The notes beneath the pieces are model-generated. The model made no database searches. It was given only the letters and a program-made list of their open reading frames with translations, and was not told the DNA's origin. From positions 1 to 41,042 of IMG/VR virus record IMGVR_UViG_3300026541_000011: a stretch of 41,042 nt of DNA. The stretch is one strand, 5' to 3'. The position numbers and the translations under genes are program-made. The stretch is from a virus (lineage: Duplodnaviria; Caudoviricetes). Shown piece after piece: positions 25,538 to 33,308 of the stretch. How positions within the stretch are numbered: the stretch's first letter is position 1; every line of letters starts with the position of its first letter.

Positions 25538-25730
25538 AATATGCTGAACGATAGAGGCTAGGCGCTACTCTAGCTAGGAATACCCAATCCTTTAATCTGC
25601 TTTAATAGCTGGACGGGAGGGGATTCTGGGCAAGAACATCACCGCCAATAAATCTATTATCGCTCTGCGTGTCTGCGTTAAAGGAAATACAAGTACCTTC
25701 TTTCCACGCCGCTCTATCGTTAAACATACT
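25538..25730 (-). ncRNA. Enlarged class-II tRNA-like element D
   Basis: Long closing stem ending AACGATAGAG/CTCTATCGTT; D-like GCGTG-GAA...AGA-CACGC; T-like GCTAG-AGTAGCGC-CTAGC. Confidence 0.65.
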
Positions 25731-25731
25731 C

Positions 25732-25859
25732 TGTACATTTAGAAGTGAATATACGTCGCATCAGGCTGAATGCAGCTTGCGAAAACTCATTCGGGCGAAA
25801 CTTCCCATCGAAAGGGCATGTTACTCATAATCCTGCGTATACCCACATCTAAAAATACA
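25732..25859 (-). ncRNA. Structured element E
   Basis: 24-bp closing stem with G-U pairs on the minus strand and a multibranch interior. Confidence 0.6.
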
Positions 25860-25865
25860 AAGGAA

Positions 25866-25934
25866 CCGGCACCTTCCCTAATAGGGGATGCCGGAACAAT
25901 AACCTCTGTTGGCAGTGGAGGGCCACCAACAGAG
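25866..25934 (-). other. Two strong adjacent hairpins
   Basis: CCGGCA...TGCCGG (25866-25894) and CTCTGTTGG...CCAACAGAG (25904-25934). Confidence 0.6.
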
Positions 25935-25938
25935 CGAC

Positions 25939-26403
25939 TTACTTACCATGATTCTTATGGAAACCAAGTTTATATTCCATAGATTTTCTAGCGCATACGG
26001 CATCGAACCATTCAGCATAGGAACCTATATGCCTAAAAATCCTGTTGATTTTTATTTGAGCCACCCATTTATCCATTTTTTTATGGAATCTCACGCCAGT
26101 TACACCACTAGTATTATTCTTGAACTTGCTTAGGTTCATGCTATTTATTTTGCAGTTAGCATTTCTCAAATTAACAATTCTGTTGTCAGACCTAACATGA
26201 TTTATATGATCTATTTGATTCGGGCTTTCCTTATAATAAAGCAAATAAGCAAGCCGATGGGCCGAAATATATTTATCTTTGTAATATATTTTAATATAGC
26301 CATCACTACAAATAAAACCCACTGCCTTACCATTTTTCTTCCTATATATAATCCCTATTTCTGGGTTATATAGAAATATAGAATTTGCAGTTTCGTATTC
26401 CAT
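25939..26403 (-). CDS. HNH endonuclease with AP2-like domain
   Basis: AHRLAY ... IDHINHVRSDNRIVNLR ... NNTSGVTGV; AT-rich. Confidence 0.88.
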   Translation of the reverse strand: MEYETANSIFLYNPEIGIIYRKKNGKAVGFICSDGYIKIYYKDKYISAHRLAYLLYYKESPNQIDHINHVRSDNRIVNLRNANCKINSMNLSKFKNNTSGVTGVRFHKKMDKWVAQIKINRIFRHIGSYAEWFDAVCARKSMEYKLGFHKNHGK

Positions 26404-26445
26404 TATTTTATTCCCAGAGGAGGACTAACCAACAGGGCGACTCAA

Positions 26446-26652
26446 TCATGCTATTGCCTCTTTAATTTCCTTGAAAACATAGTCATAGGAATCGGAAACA
26501 ATGAATTCGTCAACCATACCTGAAAGCCAAATGCGAGTGCCGGTATTTTTGCCGTCTACAAAAACAGAGCAAAACCCTGCAACCTCGTAAGCATTTACGC
26601 AAATAAATACTTTCTCATTCTGGCTTGTTTTAAATTCTACAAATTTGCTCAT
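26446..26652 (-). CDS. Hypothetical protein
   Basis: GAGG RBS. Confidence 0.65.
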   Translation of the reverse strand: MSKFVEFKTSQNEKVFICVNAYEVAGFCSVFVDGKNTGTRIWLSGMVDEFIVSDSYDYVFKEIKEAIA

Positions 26653-26661
26653 TTCATCCTC

Positions 26662-26850
26662 TTAGCCTGATAGTTCGTGAAAGATGGCATACCTTTCGCA
26701 TTTCTTACAGCGAGGTAAATCAGTATTTATTTTTAGCCGACTTACCGCGTATAATTCACTGCACCCAGATTTTACAAAATCCTTGGTCAATGGGTGAGTC
26801 CTACAAATGTGTTGAACACGAACAGTATCTATAGCTTTCCAGTCGCTCAT
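26662..26850 (-). CDS. Small Zn-binding protein, paralog of 24521..24727
   Basis: WKAIDTVRVQH..THPLTKDFVKSGC...CKKC. Confidence 0.7.
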   Translation of the reverse strand: MSDWKAIDTVRVQHICRTHPLTKDFVKSGCSELYAVSRLKINTDLPRCKKCERYAIFHELSG

Positions 26851-27242
26851 TCAATTATCTTCCTGATATCAGATAGGGTGTTATCCACAAAACTGTCAAA
26901 TTCCCCTACCCCAATACTCCTGTACCATTTCTTAGTCTTCTCCAATATCTCAACCGCTAATTCCAATGCCTTCTTATCTTTCTCCCATAAGGGCACGTCA
27001 GTAGGTGTTAGATGATGTTCGTTGCCTTTTAATGTGTCGGCAAACCCATGTTTAAAATAGTTTGGGTTTCCGTTATTATCATAATATCTATAAACCTCAC
27101 CCACCTTAAATACAGGCGTTGGGGTTGTAAGTTCGGATATTACCTTTTCCTTTGTATCATGTGTCATTTGGGAATAGCCATTAAAAGTAGCTTTATCAAT
27201 AGCCGCTTCGATCTGTTCTTTGTTCCACATTTTCTCAGTCAT
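26847..27242 (-). CDS. Hypothetical protein, distant paralog of 29698..30096
   Basis: KEKVISELT.P...GEVY.Y; likely start MTEKM. Confidence 0.65.
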   Translation of the reverse strand: MTEKMWNKEQIEAAIDKATFNGYSQMTHDTKEKVISELTTPTPVFKVGEVYRYYDNNGNPNYFKHGFADTLKGNEHHLTPTDVPLWEKDKKALELAVEILEKTKKWYRSIGVGEFDSFVDNTLSDIRKIIE

Positions 27243-27444
27243 TTTTATCCCTGAATTTAGCAATAAGTTTGGAACATTTAACAGCACTATTAACTCGCAT
27301 TTCCATGATAAGTCCTAGATAATCCTCAAGCCAATCGATAGATTCTTTTGAAAGATCATCGTTTAAAAATCGCTTATCAAAAAGAAGTTCTACCAATTCC
27401 TTAGCCTCCCTTTTGTAATAATCGCTTACTTCTGTTTCGCTCAT
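27235..27444 (-). CDS. Hypothetical protein
   Basis: Likely start MSETE. Confidence 0.6.
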   Translation of the reverse strand: MSETEVSDYYKREAKELVELLFDKRFLNDDLSKESIDWLEDYLGLIMEMRVNSAVKCSKLIAKFRDKND

Positions 27445-27457
27445 CTCTTTAGACCAT

Positions 27458-27685
27458 TTAACGGAGCATCTCGGCAAAGTAAGACTTCATAACTTGTCTT
27501 TCCATTGCTGCATAAAATGTCTCATTGTGCTTTCTGTCATGTACTTCGAATTCGATAGTAGACCATTTATAACCACACTCGCGGCATTTTCTACGCCTTG
27601 TTGTATAGTCGCCTTTTTTACGAGAGTCAAAGCAATCGTTTTTCTCGTGACTGCAATAAATAAATTGTGGTGCTCCGTAACTCAT
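27458..27685 (-). CDS. NrdR N-terminal-like Zn-ribbon protein
   Basis: DSR....TTRRRKCRECGYKWSTIE. Confidence 0.7.
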   Translation of the reverse strand: MSYGAPQFIYCSHEKNDCFDSRKKGDYTTRRRKCRECGYKWSTIEFEVHDRKHNETFYAAMERQVMKSYFAEMLR

Positions 27686-27703
27686 TTTTTCCTCTTGAGA
27701 TAG

Positions 27704-27907
27704 TTATACAAAATCTTCTTTATAAAACAAAATGACATTAGGAATTTCAATGTCTTTCCTTAACCGAATAGCTGCGCCGACTATTTCATCAGTACGCCTT
27801 TGATTGAGTTCATCAGGCCATTTATAAATGGCTTGTGATTTGACGTTTAACGCCTCGGCCATACGAACACCATTGCCGAATATTTTCATTGCTAGTTTCT
27901 TCTTCAT
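27704..27907 (-). CDS. cro: Cro-like HTH regulator
   Basis: MKKKLAMKIFGNGVRMAEALNVKSQAIYKWP; first gene of the leftward arm. Confidence 0.8.
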   Translation of the reverse strand: MKKKLAMKIFGNGVRMAEALNVKSQAIYKWPDELNQRRTDEIVGAAIRLRKDIEIPNVILFYKEDFV

Positions 27908-27981
27908 ACAATCACTATATAGATATTTTAAAATAAATACAATATTTATATTGCTTTCTGGTTGAAATACAATTATAGTAC
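27906..27981. promoter_or_regulatory. Divergent promoters with three putative operators
   Basis: Leftward TTGTAT-17-TATAGT (27942-27914); rightward TTGCTT-17-TATAGT (27951-27979); ATACAAT at 27906, 27937 and 27967. Confidence 0.7.
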
Positions 27982-28008
27982 ACGTATCAATAACAAACGG
28001 GAACAGCA

Positions 28009-28305
28009 ATGTGGCCTTTAAACAAACCGAAAGAAACCATTAAGTCGCCTCCGACAGACGGCGTTATGTTTGAACTAACAGTGAATGCTGGGGAAAAGCA
28101 TGAGAGCATTTCTCAAAAAGTGAAGCCTGGTACGAAACTTAGCGAGTGGGATGAATATCGGAAATTTCAAAAATGGTTTCATGGAAGGCCACAATCAAAC
28201 TCTTACAGTTTTAAATATGTTGGCAGAGAAAAAATCGGAATGAAGGAAATTGTATTTCTTCGCAATAAAATAAATGGATTTTGGTTTGAAACAAAAGCTG
28301 CCTAG
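28009..28305 (+). CDS. Hypothetical early protein
   Basis: First ORF of the rightward arm. Confidence 0.65.
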   Translation: MWPLNKPKETIKSPPTDGVMFELTVNAGEKHESISQKVKPGTKLSEWDEYRKFQKWFHGRPQSNSYSFKYVGREKIGMKEIVFLRNKINGFWFETKAA

Positions 28306-28334
28306 CCCATTCAACCCAATACCCCGAGGATATT

Positions 28335-28595
28335 ATGAAATTATATTTATTAGAAAGAATTAATGAAACTGATTGGACTGAGATTATACCAATGTTCTGC
28401 AAACATAAATGGGAATTATTATCTGAAACGGTTACTAAGAGCAAGTTTGAATCAAGCATGGAGGCAGCGGAATTGGAGCACCGTGTAAAAAAGATTAATC
28501 TCCCCCATCAGCTTTGCGATGCAGACAGAAAGCATATTCAAACTTTCACCTGTAACAAGTGCGGAAAGCTAAAGCGGTTTGTTGAAAGTATTTGA
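28335..28595 (+). CDS. Zn-ribbon hypothetical protein
   Basis: FCKHKW ... CNKCGK. Confidence 0.65.
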   Translation: MKLYLLERINETDWTEIIPMFCKHKWELLSETVTKSKFESSMEAAELEHRVKKINLPHQLCDADRKHIQTFTCNKCGKLKRFVESI

Positions 28596-28621
28596 CCATT
28601 ATACCACGAGAGGAACCAAGA

Positions 28622-29017
28622 ATGAATTTACATCAAGCACAAAAGTTATACACCCTGATATCTACAGTCAGGCATGTGGAAAAAATGAATGTCGATAACG
28701 GCGCACAGTATTGGGATGTTGACATACCAGGATGCTTGCTTTGCGAAGGCGTAAGGAATCGGTTATATACAGAAGAAAAGGGGTTTAGATTAGACTATCC
28801 GCATGGATTTGAAAGACACTTTGGCTGCACAAATGAAGAAGCCGGAAATGTAATTTACCACTCCCATATTTCTAGCAGCAACGAAACAACCGGCGAAAAC
28901 TACTACCAAGCCGGTAAAGAACTACTCGAAAAATACGGCTACGGGCATCTTTTTGATAACTCCAAGGCCAAATCTTTCACTGAAATTATGGATGAACTTA
29001 GAGTTGAAATGGCATGA
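28622..29017 (+). CDS. Hypothetical protein
   Basis: GAGG RBS before MNLHQ. Confidence 0.65.
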   Translation: MNLHQAQKLYTLISTVRHVEKMNVDNGAQYWDVDIPGCLLCEGVRNRLYTEEKGFRLDYPHGFERHFGCTNEEAGNVIYHSHISSSNETTGENYYQAGKELLEKYGYGHLFDNSKAKSFTEIMDELRVEMA

Positions 29018-29268
29018 CAGCCTACACCCCAATTAACCCATCTCTCGACCCTGACGATCATGGAGTAAATGACGACAGGGAGAGTTTTATGATTGAGGTT
29101 GAAAAAGAACTAGAGTCTACCGGCAGGTATGAATGGGGAGGAAATATTATTTTATCTCAAAATGACTGGTGGTTTATCAGGCATGACTGCGATAGTTACA
29201 GAGAAGCCTTAGAGCTCGCTACCAATAATATCATTCACGATTTAAAACGAATCAATAAATGTGATTAA
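29014..29268 (+). CDS. Hypothetical protein
   Basis: ATGA coupling. Confidence 0.65.
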   Translation: MTAYTPINPSLDPDDHGVNDDRESFMIEVEKELESTGRYEWGGNIILSQNDWWFIRHDCDSYREALELATNNIIHDLKRINKCD

Positions 29269-29298
29269 AAGAACTTCAAAATGAATCTGGAGAATGAA

Positions 29299-29406
29299 AT
29301 GAACGAAAACATAATCTTCTTAATAGCAGTATTTATGCTAATCATTCTGTTTGCTGGAGACCCTGATTTAATGGACGCTATTATTAAGAGAGTTGGTAAT
29401 GAATAA
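29299..29406 (+). CDS. Small membrane protein, 35 aa
   Basis: MNENIIFLIAVFMLIILFAGDPDLMDAIIKRVGNE; GGAG RBS. Confidence 0.55.
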   Translation: MNENIIFLIAVFMLIILFAGDPDLMDAIIKRVGNE

Positions 29407-29698
29407 AAAGCAGAAAAAAGCACTGGAAGAATCAATCAAACATTGGGAGCGTATGAGGGATGATCCTGATTGTGGGGAAGAACCACTAGATGGAGACTGC
29501 GCTTGTTGTAAATTATATTATGAAAGCGATTGTATTGAATGTCCTATATTTGCATTTACCGACGCTCTTTATTGTAATAACACACCTTATGTCAAAGCCT
29601 ACAGGTATTGGAGATACAGAGGTCCTGAAAGCAAACTATTCAAACGATGGGCGCAAAAGGAAGTAGATTTTCTTAATAAAGTATTGGAGGCAGGGTAA
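29399..29698 (+). CDS. Cys-rich hypothetical protein
   Basis: ALEESIKHW ... CACC ... CIECPI ... C.NTPY. Confidence 0.7.
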   Translation: MNKKQKKALEESIKHWERMRDDPDCGEEPLDGDCACCKLYYESDCIECPIFAFTDALYCNNTPYVKAYRYWRYRGPESKLFKRWAQKEVDFLNKVLEAG

Positions 29699-30096
29699 TG
29701 ACTGACACATATTCCATAGAAGATTTTAGTTTAGCATTTAATGAAGTCCATTCACAGATTGGTGAAGGATCAAGAGTTTCTGGCGAAGAAATGAGAGAAA
29801 GAATTATAGCCGAACTAACAAAGCCTGAATGGCAGCCAGAAGATGGGCAGGTATATTGGTATCCGCCAGACGACGAGGGAGACACTGGCTACGAAATTGG
29901 TAAAGAAGGCTCTCATTATGCACATAGTCTCAGACCACTTACGCAGCAAGAAGTCGGATCAGACTGGATACCTGCTAAAGATAATTGGGCTATTGATGCG
30001 CTTAAGGGGATAGCTAGTTATGAGATACCGCGCGGAAAACGAATCACTGAGAGTATTGCTATCAAAGCCCTTTCCGAACACGGTATTAAGATATGA
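29698..30096 (+). CDS. Hypothetical protein
   Basis: RERIIAELTKP...GQVYWY. Confidence 0.65.
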   Translation: MTDTYSIEDFSLAFNEVHSQIGEGSRVSGEEMRERIIAELTKPEWQPEDGQVYWYPPDDEGDTGYEIGKEGSHYAHSLRPLTQQEVGSDWIPAKDNWAIDALKGIASYEIPRGKRITESIAIKALSEHGIKI

Positions 30097-30296
30097 ACGA
30101 ATTTATAACAATTTTGGCGTGGGTATTCGGTGTTATATCCAGCTTGGTATTAGTGCTGAGAATTTACCTGTTTTACGATTACGACGAAATAGCAGAATTC
30201 AGGGATGCAATGAAAGGGATGAAACGAACATTCCCAATAACCATACCCGCGTCAATCAGTATTATTTGCTTGGCTTGGTTATTCGCTAATTGGTAA
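30093..30296 (+). CDS. Two-TM membrane protein
   Basis: Two hydrophobic helices. Confidence 0.65.
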   Translation: MNEFITILAWVFGVISSLVLVLRIYLFYDYDEIAEFRDAMKGMKRTFPITIPASISIICLAWLFANW

Positions 30297-30316
30297 TTAT
30301 AACACAAGAGGTTGAT

Positions 30317-30484
30317 ATGACTGACCAAACAAAAGAGTACGACGAAAAGGCTAGAGAAATGGCGGCAGAAATAGCTAGGATACTAGGTTGCAGCAATAAT
30401 ATTGATGCTATCGAAGGTATATTCATCAGGCTTAAATATGCCTACCAAGATGGGGTACTCGATGAACTACGGAGAAATGTATGA
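30317..30484 (+). CDS. Hypothetical protein
   Basis: GAGG RBS. Confidence 0.6.
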   Translation: MTDQTKEYDEKAREMAAEIARILGCSNNIDAIEGIFIRLKYAYQDGVLDELRRNV

Positions 30485-30750
30485 GCGCAGAAAGCGAGAT
30501 CAGAAGGACTATTTTAATCATGCAGGATATGGTTGAACGTGACATTAACAAACCGGAGAATATTATGTGGGCGATTCAGCTAGAAGACAACCGCTTGCTC
30601 ATTGATGATATTAGCGGAGAGGTAATTGATTTTGAATATGAGTATTTGGCTCAGAATGAAATCGACCGCGAAAGATTCAAAGATGAAAACGAACTACCGC
30701 CAGGGGCAAAGCCTGTTGAGTTTCCTTGTTTAACTATGGAGTTGAAATGA
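30481..30750 (+). CDS. Hypothetical acidic protein
   Basis: ATGA coupling; GGAG RBS. Confidence 0.6.
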   Translation: MSAESEIRRTILIMQDMVERDINKPENIMWAIQLEDNRLLIDDISGEVIDFEYEYLAQNEIDRERFKDENELPPGAKPVEFPCLTMELK

Positions 30751-31052
30751 GTGATTTAATTGATACATTGCGGGACCATTCTAAACAAGCATCAGAAGAA
30801 TTCGGCCACCCTGTCGAAGAATTGCTTTTTTGGGAAGCCGCCGACCACATTGAATTAAACGCAGTGAACTATTTAGTGCTGGATAATGAATACCAAACTG
30901 CGTTAGTCCGAATCGACAGCCTTGAGGCTGTGCTGAAACGGTTGGGTGATCCAGAAGAAGTTTCACAGATAGTAATAAATGTTTTCCTACTCGCGTTAAA
31001 TTTCTTGAGCATGAAGCTAATCTGCGCAAACAATACGCCAACGAGAAATTAA
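30747..31052 (+). CDS. Hypothetical protein (possible internal frameshift)
   Basis: MSDLIDTLR ... EAADHIE. Confidence 0.55.
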   Translation: MSDLIDTLRDHSKQASEEFGHPVEELLFWEAADHIELNAVNYLVLDNEYQTALVRIDSLEAVLKRLGDPEEVSQIVINVFLLALNFLSMKLICANNTPTRN

Positions 31053-31319
31053 ATGAAACCTAATCAGTTCAAACTAACACCTAGCAATTTCATACTTCGC
31101 TGGCTCCGTGGAGATGATAACCGGATACCGCATGAACGGCTATATCCTTTGGGATTTGAATCTCTAGGAAGAGATGCTTTTGGTAATGAATGGATTGATT
31201 TAGCAGAAGAGTTTGCCGAAAAAAACATGGCTTTGCTTGCCAAAATCAAACCTTCCCAGAAAGTCATAAAACATTATGTATTAATAGACGATCAAGCCAC
31301 ACATATTACAGGAGAGTGA
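31053..31319 (+). CDS. Hypothetical protein
   Basis: ORF track. Confidence 0.6.
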   Translation: MKPNQFKLTPSNFILRWLRGDDNRIPHERLYPLGFESLGRDAFGNEWIDLAEEFAEKNMALLAKIKPSQKVIKHYVLIDDQATHITGE

Positions 31320-31320
31320 A

Positions 31321-31584
31321 ATGAAAACGATTTACAAATACAAACTAGAAGTAATCGGACAGCAATCAATTGTAATGCCTTTAGGCGCTGAAACACTATC
31401 AATCCAAGCTCAACATGGAGAGCCTTGCTTGTGGGCGCTTGTTGATCCAGATAATGCGCCCACAGAAAGATCATTTCTTATTTACGGCACAGGACATATT
31501 GTTGACCATGAAAATTTGCTTTATATCGATACCTTCCAAATGATTGGCGGAGACCTGATCTGGCATGTTTTTGAACAACTGTAA
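31321..31584 (+). CDS. Conserved-looking phage hypothetical protein
   Basis: TIYKY ... CLWALVDP ... IYGTGH ... YIDTFQ ... WHVFE. Confidence 0.75.
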   Translation: MKTIYKYKLEVIGQQSIVMPLGAETLSIQAQHGEPCLWALVDPDNAPTERSFLIYGTGHIVDHENLLYIDTFQMIGGDLIWHVFEQL

Positions 31585-31622
31585 TTATACTATGACTTAC
31601 GTTTATAGAGAGGGGATATGAA

Positions 31623-31820
31623 ATGAATTTTCAATTCGGAAATGTAGTTATTGTAGATGACGACCAAATAGGCGTAATAGTCAAATCATGGGGAGACGAA
31701 AGTCACGATATCTATGTAAGAAATTATAATGCTATTCGAGAATATGGCATTTCGGAAATCAAACATTTTATTTATAGCAAAGAGCTAACGCCAGAAGAAT
31801 GTGAGTTTTACAACCGTTAA
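31623..31820 (+). CDS. Hypothetical protein
   Basis: GAGGGG RBS. Confidence 0.6.
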   Translation: MNFQFGNVVIVDDDQIGVIVKSWGDESHDIYVRNYNAIREYGISEIKHFIYSKELTPEECEFYNR

Positions 31821-31848
31821 TCCCTAAATCACCCCCTGAGACTATAAA

Positions 31849-32499
31849 ATGAAACCAGCAACAGAAATGACAGAAGAATTGAAAATGAAAGAAAGTGAAC
31901 CAGTGTCATTCGCCGCCGAAGTCTGGGAGACTTTAAGCGGGATAGATTGTAGCGAACACGTTAAAGAAAAGGGAGCTTTTACCTATCTTTCGTGGGTTTG
32001 GGCGTGGGGGATTTTGATGGAAAATTTCCCAGAATCTAGGTTTGTTTATATGGAACCAGTTTACCATAGCGGGACAGTTGAAATGCAAGTATCCGTCACA
32101 GTTAAAAAGGGTGACGATAATCTTATCCATTCAATGTGGTTGCCGGTAATGAATCATAAACATCAAGCCATTGAACAACCCGACAGCAGACAAATATCAG
32201 ATACCCGTATGAGATGTTTGGTTAAATGTATTGCCATGTTTGGATTAGGGCATTATATCTACGCTGGTGAAGATATCCCGAGAGAAGAAGACGCAAAACA
32301 AATTCATAGATTTAAAGCGGGTGAGAAAGAATCAATCATTGAACGAGGATTAAAGGCTTTGACTTATCAGGACAAGGGCGCGGCGGAAGATTTATTTTCC
32401 GACTATGAAGATGAAGACCCTGCCGTTAAAAACAAAGTATGGTATTTGTTTGAATCAGCCGATAGGGCGCAGCTAAAGATATTGCTTGCCGATGAGTAA
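31849..32499 (+). CDS. Sak/DUF1071-like (Rad52-type) ssDNA annealing protein
   Basis: TYLSWVWAW ... MWLPVMNH ... MRCLVKCIAMFGLGHYIYAGEDIP. Confidence 0.85.
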   Translation: MKPATEMTEELKMKESEPVSFAAEVWETLSGIDCSEHVKEKGAFTYLSWVWAWGILMENFPESRFVYMEPVYHSGTVEMQVSVTVKKGDDNLIHSMWLPVMNHKHQAIEQPDSRQISDTRMRCLVKCIAMFGLGHYIYAGEDIPREEDAKQIHRFKAGEKESIIERGLKALTYQDKGAAEDLFSDYEDEDPAVKNKVWYLFESADRAQLKILLADE

Positions 32500-32591
32500 C
32501 CTTTTATATTATCGCCGCTTAAATCGCATCCTACGCAGTTCCAGCGACATTCTTACATCGTATCAGTGAATAACAATCAATTAAGAGGAAG

Positions 32592-32885
32592 CTAAATGGA
32601 TGGCACTTTAGCGACTTCTGCGCCGGTTGTTACATCAATCCATGCTGTCCCATTTGAATAACATTGTGAGCCTGTTAATCCGGTACTATTTGTAGCATCA
32701 CTAACATATATAATGCCACTTTCACTCTGGGATGGTAATGTTGTTAGTGTAAAGATTGCTAGTTCAATTATACCCGTAGGAATAGACACCCAGCCCGTCT
32801 CGACCCAGCCAAGTTCAACCCAACCGTTACCCATTATCGATGAAACCCAACCATCTTCAACCCACCCAATCTCAACCCATCCCAT
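32592..32885 (-). CDS. Small tail-module protein with GWVExG repeats
   Basis: Six GWV units, then GIIYVSDA...YSNGTAW. Confidence 0.7.
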   Translation of the reverse strand: MGWVEIGWVEDGWVSSIMGNGWVELGWVETGWVSIPTGIIELAIFTLTTLPSQSESGIIYVSDATNSTGLTGSQCYSNGTAWIDVTTGAEVAKVPSI

Positions 32886-32903
32886 ATCAATTTTGTTAAA
32901 TTA

Positions 32904-33269
32904 TCATGCTAACGTGGCCGACCCGCCCATGAAATGCCATGCATCATTGGTAAAATACAAATGCGCGGAGTCGCCTACGTCGTCAAAGGTGATTGTAGAA
33001 CCATTACCAAGATTAGAAGGGGTTAGAGTTCCTGCTCCTCCGTCTGTTTTCATTACTACATATTTGGTCTGTCCTGCAACCCCATCTGCTAGAGTCAAGG
33101 CGTCTGCACCAGTAGTGACTATGTGTGTGGTTATGTCGATTAGATTAACCGCACCCGCACCCGTTAAGGTCTGGGTTGTTTCACCATCTTTAACGAATTC
33201 CCAGAGATTATATAACCACTTTTGCCAAATCCAGTTAAATACGTTAATCTGCGGGGGAGGATCAATCAT
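32904..33269 (-). CDS. Small virion/tail protein
   Basis: PPP...WQKWL N-terminus and a beta-rich C-terminal domain. Confidence 0.7.
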   Translation of the reverse strand: MIDPPPQINVFNWIWQKWLYNLWEFVKDGETTQTLTGAGAVNLIDITTHIVTTGADALTLADGVAGQTKYVVMKTDGGAGTLTPSNLGNGSTITFDDVGDSAHLYFTNDAWHFMGGSATLA

Positions 33270-33308
33270 TTTTTTGTTTTTTGGTTATTTTTGGAATAGT
33301 ATCGGATT

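Noticed and set aside
25732-25859. Hammerhead ribozyme in element E
   Set aside because: CTGATGC and GAAAC occur on opposite strands, and the CUGANGA...GAAA core cannot be assembled.
25770-26133. Plus-strand ORFs over the RNA cluster (also 23608..23826)
   Set aside because: They are antisense to the operon, lack an RBS, and overlap structured elements or the HNH gene.
27908-28009. 101-aa N-terminally extended Cro from the ORF track
   Set aside because: The extension covers the AT-rich divergent promoter region, and the HTH domain begins at ATG 27907.
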